NCBI GenBank assembly: GCA_017399145.1
Contig: JAFQEG010000030.1
Coordinates: forward strand, 17,529-81,528
DNA from: Clostridia bacterium
GTDB lineage: Bacteria > Bacillota > Clostridia > Oscillospirales > CAG-272
DNA length: 64,000 bases
Reading direction: 5' to 3'
The notes under the pieces were generated by a model. That model did not search any database. It worked only from the letters and a program-made list of their open reading frames with translations, and had not been told where the DNA came from. Both the position numbers and the translations under genes were made by a program. Shown in pieces: positions 63,248-64,000 of this stretch (its first letter is position 1; each line of letters begins with the position of its first letter).

Positions 63248-64000
63248 ATGGTATTGGGAAATAATCCTGTTTTGACAGGCTTTCACCCTGACCCTTGTAT
63301 TTTAAGGGTGGGTAATGATTATTATATTGCGACCTCAACGTTTCAATGGTTCCCCGGGGTGGAAATTTATCACTCAACGGACCTTATAAATTGGGAGGTA
63401 TTGCCCTCGCCTCTTAGCCGTGTATCTCAACTAGATATGCGTGGCAATCCTAACTCGGGGGGAGTGTGGGCGCCTTGCCTTTCCTACTGTGATGGTACGT
63501 ATTATTTGATATATACTAACGTTAAAAACTTCCATGGAATTTTTAAGGACACTCATAACTATTTAGTTACTGCAACAAATATAAATGGTCCTTGGAGTGA
63601 GCCTATTTATCTTAATTCAAGTGGCTTTGACCCCTCACTTTTCCATGATGATGACGGACGAAAATATCTTGTCAATATGCGTTGGGACCACAGAATGGAA
63701 AAGAATGACTTTTCCGGTATTCTTCTTCAAGAGTATAGCGAAAAGGAAAAAAGACTAGTTGGTCCTGTCTATGAAATTTTTAAGGGTACGGAAGTTGGTG
63801 CAACCGAGGCACCTCATATTTACAAGAAAAATGGCTATTATTACCTAATGGTTGCCGAGGGTGGCACTATGTATAATCATGGTGTTTTGCTTGCTAGGTC
63901 TAAAAATCTTTTAGGTCCTTATGAGGCAGATACTCCTCTTTTGACTGTAAGAGACGATAAGGAAAGCTATCTTCAAAGGACGGGACACGGCTCCCTTGTG
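63248..64000 (+). CDS. GH43 beta-xylosidase/alpha-L-arabinofuranosidase (partial, runs off the window)
   Basis: Absent from the track because it is truncated. The frame is open from the ATG at 63248 to the window end. Translation begins [50 protein letters not shown], the classic GH43 N-terminus. Confidence 0.8.
   Translation, partial: MVLGNNPVLTGFHPDPCILRVGNDYYIATSTFQWFPGVEIYHSTDLINWEVLPSPLSRVSQLDMRGNPNSGGVWAPCLSYCDGTYYLIYTNVKNFHGIFKDTHNYLVTATNINGPWSEPIYLNSSGFDPSLFHDDDGRKYLVNMRWDHRMEKNDFSGILLQEYSEKEKRLVGPVYEIFKGTEVGATEAPHIYKKNGYYYLMVAEGGTMYNHGVLLARSKNLLGPYEADTPLLTVRDDKESYLQRTGHGSLV

Overview
This 64-kb chromosomal window reads like a moderate/low-GC Firmicute of the class Clostridia. Supporting signs are TTGACA-17-TATAAT promoters, GGAGG-type RBSs, a DnaD-domain/dnaI pair, a pyr attenuator of the PyrR type, and Flg_new and BspA-type LRR surface lipoproteins. 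I count about 54 protein genes and 2 tRNAs. I see no rRNA, CRISPR array, transposase, integrase or phage genes.

Layout:
- (i) 0.1-1.4 kb: a duplicated DUF4234 membrane protein and a Doc-type toxin pair.
- (ii) 1.8-11.9 kb, minus strand: housekeeping genes (icd, alkaline phosphatase, cysteine desulfurase, three tandem M42 peptidases, murD, ddl).
- (iii) 12.4-28 kb: an accessory-looking block. It holds tRNA-Arg, two Cys-rich/discoidin surface lipoproteins (one with a CE4 deacetylase module), DUF4886, a TIGR01212 radical SAM gene, tRNA-Thr, a 1883-aa LRR lipoprotein, a degenerate methylglyoxal-synthase-like protein and two MORN-repeat proteins.
- (iv) 28.1-37.4 kb: an attenuator-controlled pyrC-carB-pyrK-pyrD-pyrF-pyrE-pyrB-pyrI operon.
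- (v) 38-64 kb: mixed genes. These are a radical SAM/SPASM plus nitroreductase pair, an ArsR plus P1B-ATPase pair, GH78, mnmA, topB, dCMP deaminase, rimI, tsaD, DnaD-domain/dnaI, L10 leader-rplJ-rplL, HAD, cysK, YitT, MFS plus GH2, a permease, rbsK and a partial GH43.

The most unusual signal is non-coding. At least nine intergenic sites are built from concatenated variable mini-hairpins joined by short repeated linkers (GATGAAATC/GATGAAGTC, GATGATATAC, GTTATGAG).
- Two large homologous arrays sit immediately downstream of the two tRNA terminators, and two sit inside the pyr operon.
- A related element is flanked by duplicated 3' ends of topB and yitT.
- One repeat copy carries a 39-nt hairpin insert bracketed by a 7-nt direct repeat.
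- I interpret these, as inference only, as a family of target-duplicating mini-hairpin insertions. No mobilising gene is visible in the window.

All protein calls rest on motifs I recognise by eye. No database search was run.
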